A stretch of DNA of 63,632 nt, counting the filler, from Stramenopiles sp. TOSAG23-3 (lineage: Eukaryota), in assembly GCA_900128585.1 (NCBI GenBank). It is 14 parts of 14 records of this genome, joined end to end, with 100 filler letters (N's around TTAATTAATTAA, not from the genome) between each part and the next. Parts side by side here need not be neighbours in the genome. Positions count along the whole stretch, not along the records: positions 47,491 to 53,299 come from LT643430.1; positions 53,400 to 59,200 come from LT643431.1; positions 59,301 to 60,308 come from LT646725.1; positions 60,409 to 61,416 come from LT646726.1; positions 61,517 to 62,524 come from LT646727.1; positions 62,625 to 63,632 come from LT646728.1; 8 more parts are not named here. One strand, given 5' to 3'. The notes below the pieces were generated by a model. It searched no databases, was not told where the DNA came from, and saw only the letters and a program-made list of their open reading frames with translations. This document shows positions 52,727 through 62,625 of the stretch, piece by piece (within the stretch, counting starts at the first letter, position 1; each line of letters begins with the position of its first letter). The position numbers and the translations under genes were made by a program.

Positions 52727-53299
52727 GCGGGCGGGGACGGAAGTCCTTCGGTTCTATATATGTATGTATATGGGTATGGATGGATGGACGGGTCAATCCA
52801 CCAAATGTTATTATACTTCGTGCCCTGTACAACGTATGTGTGTATGTATGTATGTATGTATACCCCGTTCGCCGTTGCCTTCGCTTTTCACAGACGCACA
52901 AGCACCAACGTCTGTATATTCCTATACCAATCACTCAAAAAAGGAAAAACAGACAGGCAGACAGACGGAACGACCGAACGAACGGAACGGAACGGAACGA
53001 AAGAAAGGAACAGAAAGGCACAGAAGACGAAGACAAAATCTCAAAAAAAGAAATCCGTTTCAATTTCAAATCATCTGCTAATAACAATGAATAATTTAAA
53101 TATGGATGTATGGAATAGATTGATCTTCCTTCCCATTTCTCCACTTTTCCCATTCTTTTCCCATTCCCATTCCCATTTGTCCCTTTCTTTCTTTCTCCTT
53201 TCCCCTTTCCCATTTTTTTTTGATCCTTTCTTTCTTTCTTTCTTTCTTTCCTTTTTCTCATATTTTTCTTCGATCAATGAAACGGCTCTTTTTTATTAA

Positions 53300-53399
53300 N
53301 NNNNNNNNNNNNNNNNNNNNNNNNNNNNNNNNNNNNNNNNNNNTTAATTAATTAANNNNNNNNNNNNNNNNNNNNNNNNNNNNNNNNNNNNNNNNNNNN
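53300..53399. other. Artificial contig spacer
   Basis: N44-TTAATTAATTAA-N44. Confidence 0.99.
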
Positions 53400-53641
53400 A
53401 AGAAGAACAAAAAAAAATAATAGAGCTTAAAAAATGAAAGTATAAATATAAGTTATACGTGAAGAAATTTTATAGAAGAAAAGGATGATTCTATATTAAA
53501 CAATTGATGGCATTTAATCAACCTGACGTTTTAGTCCACAGCTTGCTCTTGGTAGTATTTTTAACTTCCCCGTTGAATCGAAAGGGCAAAGTTGAAAAAC
53601 TCTGGTGTTTCATTGATTTCCTCCATCAACGAAGACCATCA

Positions 53642-55639
53642 ATGGCGACTTTAAGCCAGCTCTGGTCGTCGCAGACGGGGGAAACGGACGAAGACGTGAG
53701 AAAACGAATGAATTGTATAAAGAACCATTGGGCTGGGTTTAAGCAGCGGCTAAAACGGCGTGAATTTCTCGAGCTGACGGCAGAGGTATGTAACATTTTT
53801 GAAGCACAGCGCGATAAGAGACGAAAAACTAAACTTGATCATTTTAACGAAACGGGGCAGCAGTTTTACCAAGTAGATGATCTGATTAGGGTTGAGCTGG
53901 ACGACAGTATGAAACTCCCCTTTGAAACGTCCAAACCGACCGTGTACATGCTTATTAAGCATGTGTGTAAGAACGACATACATCTACTTTGCCACCTCTG
54001 CATTCGGCCGTGCGAAACCATTTACTACGAAAACTCTGCCGCGAGGAACGAAGTGTTTCTTGTCACGAAACAGGGGAAGTACTTTCCCTTCCACATACGA
54101 CTTACCAGCATACAAGACCAGCACTACCCGCTGCCGTTTAAGAAGGTTGGGGAATGGACGCTTTCGACGGAGTACGACTTGGTCGGAGGAGCACTAACGG
54201 ATACAGCTGATGCGAGGCTTTGCTACGCCAAAGCGCCGTACAAGGGGGACGTCCCTTTGCTCGACCTTTTCTCTGGTTGTGGTGGGTTTTCACTAGGTTT
54301 CAGGGACGCTCGAGCAAGTGCGGTGCGGGAGGCCCCGGCGGTCCCGGCGCATCCATTGAAAAAGCGTCGGTATAACCCCATCCCTGACGTCAACAGCTGC
54401 TCTGCCAGCACGGAGGCTCGTTCAGCACCATCGTCGTCTGAGGGGCCCGACGCCGCACACGCCAGCGACGACAATGGCGTAAGAATCGTACCTGCTGTTC
54501 TCCTGGACTGCAACGCGGATGCCTGCTTAACGGCACGGACCAATTTCAAAGACGCGAACGTGGTGGAAAGTAGAATTCAAACAACGGGCAGGGAGGAGCA
54601 CATAGCGACAGCCGCGCCATTTTCAAAATTTGGCATCGTGATCGATGGATCTCCGTGTCAAGGGTTCTCCTCTGCAAACAGTTGGAACCGAGAGACTTGG
54701 GATGCAAGGAACGATCTGATCCTCGTGGCCGCAAAGACTGCAGTTAAATTGGAGGCGGGGTACTCTGTGAAGGAAAATAGCCCGCAAATTTTGAATATGA
54801 AGCGCCCCGGGGACGAGCTGCCAATTCTGTTCGAACTGGTACGATACTACCATGAAAACGAGTACCAGGTCGCGGTGCACGTACTTTGGGGCCCTTACGT
54901 TGGTGTTCCGCAAACGAGAACGCGCGTGTTCCTCGTTGCAGCGCAAAAGGGCCGCTCTCTCCCCAAGTTCATATTACCGACCCACCGTATCAAACTAGAT
55001 CGGAAAAAACGTATACCGGCTTTCGTTTCCGTTGACCCAGTGTTGAGGGCTTCGGTTGCAGGATTCAACGACTGGAAGGACGCTATCGGGTTCGAGGACA
55101 TGGGTGGCTTGAAACCACCCGTGACAGTAGGAGCAGCACTACGGCCGTGGGAGTACAGACCGCCGAATGACAAACAAACAGGGCACTTCGTGACCCAGTC
55201 TACGAAGGCGAAGACTAGAAATGCCCACGCAGACCGGCACGAGTTGGCATCGCAGAACGTTGTTAAAGAGAAGGACAACACGATCAAAAAGGAGGACTAT
55301 GCACCGACCATTTTGGCCAGTGGATGGAGCGGTGCAGGGAAAGGCGAAAGGGGCAGTATCATGTGGCATTACAGCCAATCGCGAACGCTGACCATCCGTG
55401 AAGCTGCATGTATCCAAGGCTTTCCAGAAACGTTTCAGTTCGCCACGAAAACCAGTGCAATAACGAAAGACAAATGGTTTGCCGACACTTGGCGACAGGT
55501 TGGGAATGCTGTCCCGCCGCCAATGGCGAACGCGGTTGCTGCTCACATTCTTGAGTCCGCAGAGAAGGACGCTAACATCGGGAAAGCATTGCAGCATTTT
55601 TTAGACGAGAACCAAGGGATCAGAGACGTTTGTTGTTAA
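53642..55639 (+). CDS. C5 cytosine DNA methyltransferase with an N-terminal BAH-like domain
   Basis: Motif I LDLFSGCGG, IV GSPCQGFS, VI KENS, VIII GVPQTRTRVF, IX RTLTIREAACIQGFP, X RQVGNAVPPP. BAH-like segment YQVDD.IRV...RP.ET...RNEVFL. Confidence 0.9.
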   Translation: MATLSQLWSSQTGETDEDVRKRMNCIKNHWAGFKQRLKRREFLELTAEVCNIFEAQRDKRRKTKLDHFNETGQQFYQVDDLIRVELDDSMKLPFETSKPTVYMLIKHVCKNDIHLLCHLCIRPCETIYYENSAARNEVFLVTKQGKYFPFHIRLTSIQDQHYPLPFKKVGEWTLSTEYDLVGGALTDTADARLCYAKAPYKGDVPLLDLFSGCGGFSLGFRDARASAVREAPAVPAHPLKKRRYNPIPDVNSCSASTEARSAPSSSEGPDAAHASDDNGVRIVPAVLLDCNADACLTARTNFKDANVVESRIQTTGREEHIATAAPFSKFGIVIDGSPCQGFSSANSWNRETWDARNDLILVAAKTAVKLEAGYSVKENSPQILNMKRPGDELPILFELVRYYHENEYQVAVHVLWGPYVGVPQTRTRVFLVAAQKGRSLPKFILPTHRIKLDRKKRIPAFVSVDPVLRASVAGFNDWKDAIGFEDMGGLKPPVTVGAALRPWEYRPPNDKQTGHFVTQSTKAKTRNAHADRHELASQNVVKEKDNTIKKEDYAPTILASGWSGAGKGERGSIMWHYSQSRTLTIREAACIQGFPETFQFATKTSAITKDKWFADTWRQVGNAVPPPMANAVAAHILESAEKDANIGKALQHFLDENQGIRDVCC

Positions 55640-55721
55640 TCGAAAACACGCCGTTCGATTTTCTGATTGTTTAAAAATGCACCCTGTTCTAAATTTAATA
55701 TGTGTACACAAGTTTATAAAA

Positions 55722-57266
55722 CTATCGTCTACCCCTGCCGTTTCCTCGCCTTCTCTGTTCATTCCCAGGTGCTCCTGGCGATTTATTACTCTGCCGCTGC
55801 GGTGGCTTTGATTTTCCTGTACTTCTATTCGTATTTTTGGCGACACTGGGAAGGGTGGCGTTCTTCTTCGTGGCCGCTGCTGCGCCCCGCCCCCTCCCGT
55901 TGGATTTTCGTTCGGGGGAAGGCGACTTCCGCTTCGATCTATTCCTGCCCTGTATAGGGCTCCTGTTCTTCAGCTTCGTTTTCCTTGGGCTCTTTTTGAT
56001 GGCCCATGGCTTATCGTAGTTTCTGCCCCTCGGCTTTTGCGGGACTCGCTCCCCTCCACCGCTTTGAACAAGACCGGTGCCGGGATCGTCCATGACCTCG
56101 GCCATCTCTGCGGGTTCCTTGGCTTGGCGCCGTCGTCTAATTGCTTTACCGTTGGTCCTAGGGGACCGCTTGGCTACGAGCTTGTTGGGGTGGGCTGGCA
56201 CGGCCCGCCCGTTTCGAACGCCCTGGCCGCGGACGACCTTCTTGCTGTCGGCATCTTTCCTCTTCTTCCTCTTTGGCTTTTGAAACTCTTTTGCATACGA
56301 GGTCGGTTCGACAACTTTAAACCCCGTCTTAAACCCTGCCTTTCGACTGGAGTTCAACGAATCTGTGCCGGTCGCTGGTTGAACGACGTAGGCCTGCTGC
56401 GGCGGTGACTGCATTTGTTGGGGGTATAGGGCCTGGGAGTAAATTTGTGACGACTGCGGCGGTCCAAACTGTGACGGGGAGTTCATCATTGCTGGGGCAT
56501 TGAACGACATTGGTAGGGGGGGGACCATCCCTGGGTTAAACCCGCTCGATGGGGGCGGTAGCATGGTCGAGGAGTGAACAATTTGGGGCGAGTTCTGCAG
56601 GGGGGCAATCATTTGTTGCTGTGGCGGCGGCATTTGGCCCTGCACGGCGCCGTAGAACGGTGGCTGTTGCCTTTGGGGCGGTTGCTGCTGCAGCTGCTGC
56701 TGCGGTGGCGCGTTGTATGCGTACGGCGTCATGCCGGGCTGGGGCGGATTAAAAATGGGAGGGGGCATCTGGCCTCCAGGGCCGGGATACGTCAAGTAGT
56801 GCGTCGTGTGCTGCTGGTGAACCACATGCATCGGGTAGGGCTGGGACTCTGCGGCAAGCGTGGCGACGGGTGCGTTGTTCAAGTCGACCCCGCCGTAAAA
56901 CGACTGGCCTTTCGCCCCACCGACCCAATCGTACTGCGACCGCAGGGGCTTCTTCCTTGCCTGCCTTCCTCGCTGGATTGCCTGTATCTTTTCGGCGGCC
57001 GCTTCCCGTTCCTGCCGTTTGCGCCGCTCTAATTGCGCCTGTTTTCGCGTTTGCCGCCCGCGTTGGATTGACTGTATTTTCGCCGCACTGGCGTTCTGCG
57101 CCTGCAAGCGCTCCCGGTCCTGCCTTCCCCGCTGAATGGCCTGTATTTTTTGGGCAGCAACGTCCTCCCTTCGGTCCTGCGCATGTTCAAACAAATCCAT
57201 CAACTCGTCGTCCGTTACATCCCCCCTGTAACCTGCTCGTTGCCCATACCGGCGTTTCGATGGCAT
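55722..57266 (-). CDS. IQ-motif protein with a Pro/Gln-rich low-complexity region and a basic tail
   Basis: Three A.KIQ.IQRGRQ.R motifs. Confidence 0.8.
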   Translation of the reverse strand: MPSKRRYGQRAGYRGDVTDDELMDLFEHAQDRREDVAAQKIQAIQRGRQDRERLQAQNASAAKIQSIQRGRQTRKQAQLERRKRQEREAAAEKIQAIQRGRQARKKPLRSQYDWVGGAKGQSFYGGVDLNNAPVATLAAESQPYPMHVVHQQHTTHYLTYPGPGGQMPPPIFNPPQPGMTPYAYNAPPQQQLQQQPPQRQQPPFYGAVQGQMPPPQQQMIAPLQNSPQIVHSSTMLPPPSSGFNPGMVPPLPMSFNAPAMMNSPSQFGPPQSSQIYSQALYPQQMQSPPQQAYVVQPATGTDSLNSSRKAGFKTGFKVVEPTSYAKEFQKPKRKKRKDADSKKVVRGQGVRNGRAVPAHPNKLVAKRSPRTNGKAIRRRRQAKEPAEMAEVMDDPGTGLVQSGGGERVPQKPRGRNYDKPWAIKKSPRKTKLKNRSPIQGRNRSKRKSPSPERKSNGRGRGAAAATKKNATLPSVAKNTNRSTGKSKPPQRQSNKSPGAPGNEQRRRGNGRGRR

Positions 57267-58185
57267 GGTCTCCTGAATGTCCAGGGTTGTACAGTACAAA
57301 CAAAAAGAAAACAACCAACCCGTCAAGTCCTTCTTTCGGTTTTGTTTCCAGTGTCATCTTCCTCTCCATTTCCGTTTGAAGAAGTGTTATAGAAATGTTA
57401 GATTTCTTCATTACTTAGAATTCCTTTCTTCAATAATATATAAAATTAATATAATAAATTACATACACACAGTATTAGGAATTTAAATTGACCTTCTTAT
57501 TTTTGTTGAAAACGGATTTATTAATTTTGTTTCAATTTCTTAATTTAGGAAACAAGTACATCGTTTGATAAGATAACATTTATCTCTTTATTGTACTTTT
57601 AATTGATTTAACAGATCATGAGTTATTGAAGTATTACTTTACCTTAACATAGACAATAATACCTTCGTTAGTAGTAAAGTAGGAAGGAAAAAGGAAGGAA
57701 AAGTATTTGTTCTATTTTTATACATTTCGGTTACAAATTTACAAGTTACAAATTTACAACAATTTACAATAATCAGAGCATGTGTTATTATAAGGGTTTG
57801 TAACTTAAGACTATCAATATGTTCCTATTTAATATAACCTTATCAATTACACAGTACTAACTTATATTGTACTTGTAGTGTGGTATTATTAACCCTATTA
57901 TAAACACTATGATTCTGTCCAACTCTTGGTTGAAATGAAAGTTCATTTCTTGAATTTTAGTAAACAATATGTGTTTTACGCTTTTGAATATGAACAGGGA
58001 AGAAAAGAGCGAGAAGTGCAACGGACAAGAACGATAGCGTATTAAACACTGTTTGTGTGTATCTGTTTCCCTTTCTTTTTTACTTTTTTGTTGTGTATTT
58101 TCTTTGTGGTAGATCCGAGGAGAGAGAGAGAGTGCGCGCGCGAGGTGAGGTAAGGTTGGTGATATAGTTGTTTTTCTTGAACTAC

Positions 58186-58431
58186 ATGGCTCAGTTTAGG
58201 AACAAGAATTTGATGGTTGCAGTGGGGCTGGTAGGATTTGGACTGTTAGGGGCAAGCTTTCCTTTGGTTTTGACAAAGACTAGGTCGCACAATACCGTTA
58301 GTACAGAGGGACCATTGAGTGGCCAGACCATTATGAGAGGACCGTACGTGAACACGGGCAGCCAAGACATTGGGCCAGACCCAGACTACGACGTGAAGAC
58401 GGGTACCTGGCACGGGCGAAGGAACAGCTAA
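58186..58431 (+). CDS. Small single-pass membrane protein (81 aa) of unknown function
   Basis: N-terminal TM helix and conserved-looking RGPYVNTGSQDIGPDPD. Confidence 0.75.
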   Translation: MAQFRNKNLMVAVGLVGFGLLGASFPLVLTKTRSHNTVSTEGPLSGQTIMRGPYVNTGSQDIGPDPDYDVKTGTWHGRRNS

Positions 58432-58533
58432 AAGCAAAATTTAAGAATTACGAGCATATAACTGTACTATGAAAGCATACTATGTAATATGTTTTTTTCG
58501 TTTTATGTAAAAAAAAAGACACACGGCTTGCTT

Positions 58534-59200
58534 TCACGTTTTCAACCACTTTGGTTTCTTCCCAGCCCTTGCCCGACCACCACCTTCGCCAGACTTGCTC
58601 TCCACCGCACCCTTGCCTGAATGCCCTGCTCGTCCTGGGACATGGACGCTGCTGGAGGTCGGCATCGCGGTGCCAGCCACGGCCTCGCCCCCCGCGGTCT
58701 TCTCCCCCATCTTCTGCACGCGAGGCAATAAACTGTTCGCCCCGTTGAAACCACTGGCGTTGCTGCCTACGTAGACCAAGGCAGCGGGCTGAAGCCCGGA
58801 CCTCGCCAGGGTCAGCGCCTCGTCCAGCACCTGCTTCGGGGGCGTCACGTACAAGTGCACCTTACCGCTCTCGTCGACCAACGCGAACCGTTCCAGGAAC
58901 GCGACGACCTCGGCGACGGTTTCCCCTGGGGAAAAGTTCGCCTGAATGATCCACCCGTCCGAGAACTGCAACCGAAGGATGACGGAACTGTACACTTTCA
59001 TGTTCTCAAGCTCGTCTACTTCCCGCATCGCTTTTGTGCGGAACAGTTCGCTCCGCTCTTGCGCCTCTCGCCGACGCTTCATCGTTTGCATAACCTTTTG
59101 CGTGTCCGTCAACCCCCCCGCCGCCCCCCCGTTTCTCTGTCCGCCACCGACTTTCTCGTTGTCCGACGACATGTCCCTCGCAAGCTTCGAAAGGCTGCCG
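58534..59200 (-). CDS. UBX-domain protein (ASPL/UBXN6-like), 5'-partial
   Basis: FRTKAMRE, LRLQFSDG..IQANF.P.E, LY.TPP, GL.PAALV, C-terminal KPKWLK. Confidence 0.85.
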
Positions 59201-59300
59201 NNNNNNNNNNNNNNNNNNNNNNNNNNNNNNNNNNNNNNNNNNNNTTAATTAATTAANNNNNNNNNNNNNNNNNNNNNNNNNNNNNNNNNNNNNNNNNNNN
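59201..59300. other. Artificial contig spacer
   Basis: N44-TTAATTAATTAA-N44. Confidence 0.99.
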
Positions 59301-59597
59301 CTCGTTATCGGCGGCTTTGCCGGGGGCATTGCAGCCTTGGTCACCAACCCTTTGGACACCATCACTGCCCGAGTTATCACCCAAGGGAAACGAGGGACGG
59401 CAGAGCACCAGTACAAAGGGGTGGTCGACTGTGCCAGGACAATGATCCGGGAAGAAGGCGCCACGTCGCTTTTCCAAGGATGGCAGCCCCGGACGATAAG
59501 GTTTTCCATGTTGGCCGGCGTTACCTTTATAGTGTACGAACGGGTAAAGAAGTTGCTCTATTGGGAAAGGAACGAAGGTGGCCACGACGGGGAATGA
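59301..59597 (+). CDS. Mitochondrial carrier (SLC25), last repeat only, 5'-partial
   Basis: GGFAGG...TNPLDT..AR..Q, YKG.VDC...IREEG..LFQG..PR. Confidence 0.9.
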   Translation, partial: LVIGGFAGGIAALVTNPLDTITARVITQGKRGTAEHQYKGVVDCARTMIREEGATSLFQGWQPRTIRFSMLAGVTFIVYERVKKLLYWERNEGGHDGE

Positions 59598-59768
59598 ATG
59601 AATTTTCACAAAAATCGCAAACAATAAACTAGTTAACAGAAGAAAAGAAGAATTGTTGATTGATAGGAGTGATATTATATTCGATCCAGAAGAAACATAT
59701 AATATTTCCTGGTAGTTTAAAGTATTTTTTTTTATGATTAAAAAAAAAACAGAGAAGAGTTAAATAAT

Positions 59769-59790
59769 AACAGCCAATTTTCTTGTTTTA
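59769..59790 (-). promoter_or_regulatory. Recurrent element, copy 6 (identical to copy 1)
   Basis: AACAGCCAATTTTCTTGTTTTA on the plus strand, about 170 nt past the carrier stop but antisense to it. Confidence 0.55.
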
Positions 59791-60098
59791 GAAGAGAAGA
59801 GAATAAAAATAATAGTCTATCATAATAATAATAAAATTTTTGTTATGTGAAGAAAGAAGAGAAGAAAGAAGAAGAAAAGAAGAAGAGCGAGATACGAGGA
59901 GGTGTATGACACAACAATCAATAATAAAAAATAAAAAATAAAAAATTAAAACTTCTTCGTAGTACAACTAACACAGCAAAGAACGGTAGAAGAGAGAAGA
60001 AGATGAAAAAATAATTATATGAATGGTGTTGTTGTGGCCTGCTTTCTCAACGCCAAAAGTTACAGCACCACGGCACCACGGCCACCACAAAAAAAAAT

Positions 60099-60300
60099 GA
60101 AAGAAGAAGAAGAAGAAGAAGAAAAGAAGAAGAAAAGAAGAAAGAAGAAGAAGAAGAAGAAAAGAAGAAAGAAAAGAAGAAGAAGAAGAAAAAAAAAGAA
60201 GAAGAAAAAAGAAGAAGAAAAAAGAAGAAGAAAGAAAAGAAGAAGATGAAGATTATATAAATAATAAAAGAAGAAGAAGAAAAAAAAAAGAAGAATGAAG
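60099..60300. repeat. (GAA)n low-complexity tract
   Basis: Direct inspection. Confidence 0.93.
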
Positions 60301-60308
60301 ATAAAAAA

Positions 60309-60408
60309 NNNNNNNNNNNNNNNNNNNNNNNNNNNNNNNNNNNNNNNNNNNNTTAATTAATTAANNNNNNNNNNNNNNNNNNNNNNNNNNNNNNNNNNNN
60401 NNNNNNNN
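60309..60408. other. Artificial contig spacer
   Basis: N44-TTAATTAATTAA-N44. Confidence 0.99.
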
Positions 60409-60707
60409 TATATAACAAGTTGATTTAAAATGCAGGTAGTAGTTTAAGTAGAACGAAGTAAAAACTAATCATCACGATGCTGCGTTCATGTTATTATTTA
60501 ATTAATAATTATCCAATAAATAACTCTTTTTTTTTAACGAACGACTCACTCTTCCCGTGTGAATGAATCAGACAATTTGTAACAAAAAAACTTAGTCCTT
60601 TTCCACGGTATGTAATTAAATCAGGATTTTCAACCGCTTTGGTTGTTGTGTAAAACATTAGAGAGGAAAACGTTGCTCTGTTAGAACGCATTATTGTGTA
60701 CATAACA

Positions 60708-61283
60708 ATGGCGAGGACGATCATCGTTTTGGCGTTGTTCATTGCGCTTGCGCTGTGCGCAAGTGCTCAAGAACCGGCCAAGTTAACCGATCAAAAGGTG
60801 CCCGAAAGACCCCTAGAAATTGCACCGTGTCGCGCGGGGGAAGGGGACGTTGGTGAGGTCGTCCACCAGTCGTTGTGTGAGGACGATAGCACCATTTACA
60901 CGCAACTGGAATGTGAATATTTTGCGAGAGCCTTAGGAGTAAAATACAAATGGGGTGGAACCTTCAATTCGAGATGGGAGCCGAGAGGGTGTTTTGTCTC
61001 CAGCACTAATTATCTGTTTATCAATTCGTTCAAAGAGAGGACAGGAAACCCCTGTGGATTCAGTAGTACCAGATGCCTGTGCAAGACAGGCTGCGAAGAG
61101 TGCAAGGAGAACACATTTTCCACGGATGACGACTTATTCTGCATACGCTGCGAAGACCAGAACAAAGAGAGGCCATCAACCATCGCCGTAAAAGGTGCGA
61201 TATCGAAAGATCAGTGCCACGAACGGTCGTGGAAGTCCAAAAGCTTGCGGGGATCTTTCCCAAAATGGAGAAGATTGATCTAA
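60708..61283 (+). CDS. Secreted Cys-rich protein
   Basis: Signal peptide MARTIIVLALFIALALCASA. EC...A..LG...P.GC...C..CLC module followed by a C..C...TFS...C..C repeat. Confidence 0.78.
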   Translation: MARTIIVLALFIALALCASAQEPAKLTDQKVPERPLEIAPCRAGEGDVGEVVHQSLCEDDSTIYTQLECEYFARALGVKYKWGGTFNSRWEPRGCFVSSTNYLFINSFKERTGNPCGFSSTRCLCKTGCEECKENTFSTDDDLFCIRCEDQNKERPSTIAVKGAISKDQCHERSWKSKSLRGSFPKWRRLI

Positions 61284-61416
61284 AAATCGTCCCTCTGTGT
61301 ATAAATCAAAACATAACATTTTGTGCAAAATATTAAACATGATGGTGTGACAAATATTCTTTCTTCTCATTCCCTGTGCCGTACGGAAAAATACTTTTAT
61401 AAATATTTAATATTAT

Positions 61417-61516
61417 NNNNNNNNNNNNNNNNNNNNNNNNNNNNNNNNNNNNNNNNNNNNTTAATTAATTAANNNNNNNNNNNNNNNNNNNNNNNNNNNN
61501 NNNNNNNNNNNNNNNN
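61417..61516. other. Artificial contig spacer
   Basis: N44-TTAATTAATTAA-N44. Confidence 0.99.
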
Positions 61517-61649
61517 TAATAATAGAAGAAGAAGAAAAAAAAAGAAAAGTCTGCGTGAGATATACAGATTCCGTTCTGTGACATTCCATTGATTGAAATG
61601 AAACCATAAGTTAAAAAGGACGAAAGAAAGAATAGGTTGGTCGAAAGAG

Positions 61650-61654
<5 letters not shown>

Positions 61655-61682
<28 letters not shown>
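61655..61682. repeat. (GA)n microsatellite
   Basis: Direct inspection. Confidence 0.9.
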
Positions 61683-61687
<5 letters not shown>

Positions 61688-61848
61688 CGATAGAGCGATC
61701 GATTGATTGTTTTTGTTGATAGCCTTTTACTCTGACCGTTTTAGGAGGCCAAGCCAGCGTTTCGTTAACTTTTCTATTTTCATCGTTACTGGATTGTCAC
61801 CGACCGACCAACCAGGAAGAAGAAGAAACATAATAATAAAAAACGACT

Positions 61849-62524
61849 ATGGCACGTGCACGTGATGTCCAAGCGGACTTTGCGCAGCTCCAGCGGGAGT
61901 ACCGCAACATGGAGCAGAACCGAAAGGCGTACACCGAGGAGAGCCAGAACATTATCAGGCGGCAGCAAAAGTCCGTCGACAAGCTCAGGAAAGAGAACGA
62001 GTCGTTGAAGAGCGAGCTTGCCATGGAAACCCGGCACGCCAGTGTCAAGGTCAGCACGGCCCACGCCTCGAGGCTATCCAGCCTTCAGGAGCAGGGCAAT
62101 TTGTACACAAGTAAGATCGCGATCCAGGAGAAGAACGTCGGGGAGATCAACAAGCAGATCAAACTCCTGCAGGAGAAGATTCTAATCCAGCGGAAGAAGA
62201 TGGGGGGCGTGAACGCCGCGCGGGAGAACCAGCTCATGGTGCAGAAGCAGATCCGTATTTTGGAGAACCGCCTGGACAAGGCCCTCGTGAAGTTCAACGA
62301 GGCCTTGGCCCACAACAAGAATCTGCGCGAAGAGATCGACAACCTGAGAAGGGAGCGCGTCGTGTTCGACAACATCTACCGGAAGCTCGAGAAGGAGCTC
62401 CACGAGAAGAAGAAGCAGATGGCGAACATAATCGAGATTTCCAACCAGGCCCTCTCCAAGATAGCTGAGCTAGAAAGCGCCGCGCTGGTGCTGTCCTCCG
62501 AGAATTCCCGGTTGCAAAAGGACA
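61849..62524 (+). CDS. CCDC114: Outer dynein arm docking complex subunit (ODA1/CCDC114-like), 3'-partial
   Basis: LQREYR.ME..RKAY.EESQ, MGGVNA, QIRILENRLDKALVKFN...N..LR.EID.LR.ER..F. Confidence 0.88.
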
Positions 62525-62624
62525 NNNNNNNNNNNNNNNNNNNNNNNNNNNNNNNNNNNNNNNNNNNNTTAATTAATTAANNNNNNNNNNNNNNNNNNNN
62601 NNNNNNNNNNNNNNNNNNNNNNNN
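62525..62624. other. Artificial contig spacer
   Basis: N44-TTAATTAATTAA-N44. Confidence 0.99.
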
Positions 62625-62625
62625 C

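Noticed and set aside
51515-53299. 594-aa plus-strand ORF (and the 510-aa ORF at 50700-52232)
   Set aside because: Antisense or alternate-frame shadows of GC-rich genes that run on into microsatellites. No protein-like features.
5866-62624. Regularly spaced TTAATTAATTAA units (every ~5.9 kb, then every 1.1 kb) as a biological periodic repeat
   Set aside because: They are N-flanked artificial spacers. The periodicity comes from sorting contigs by length.
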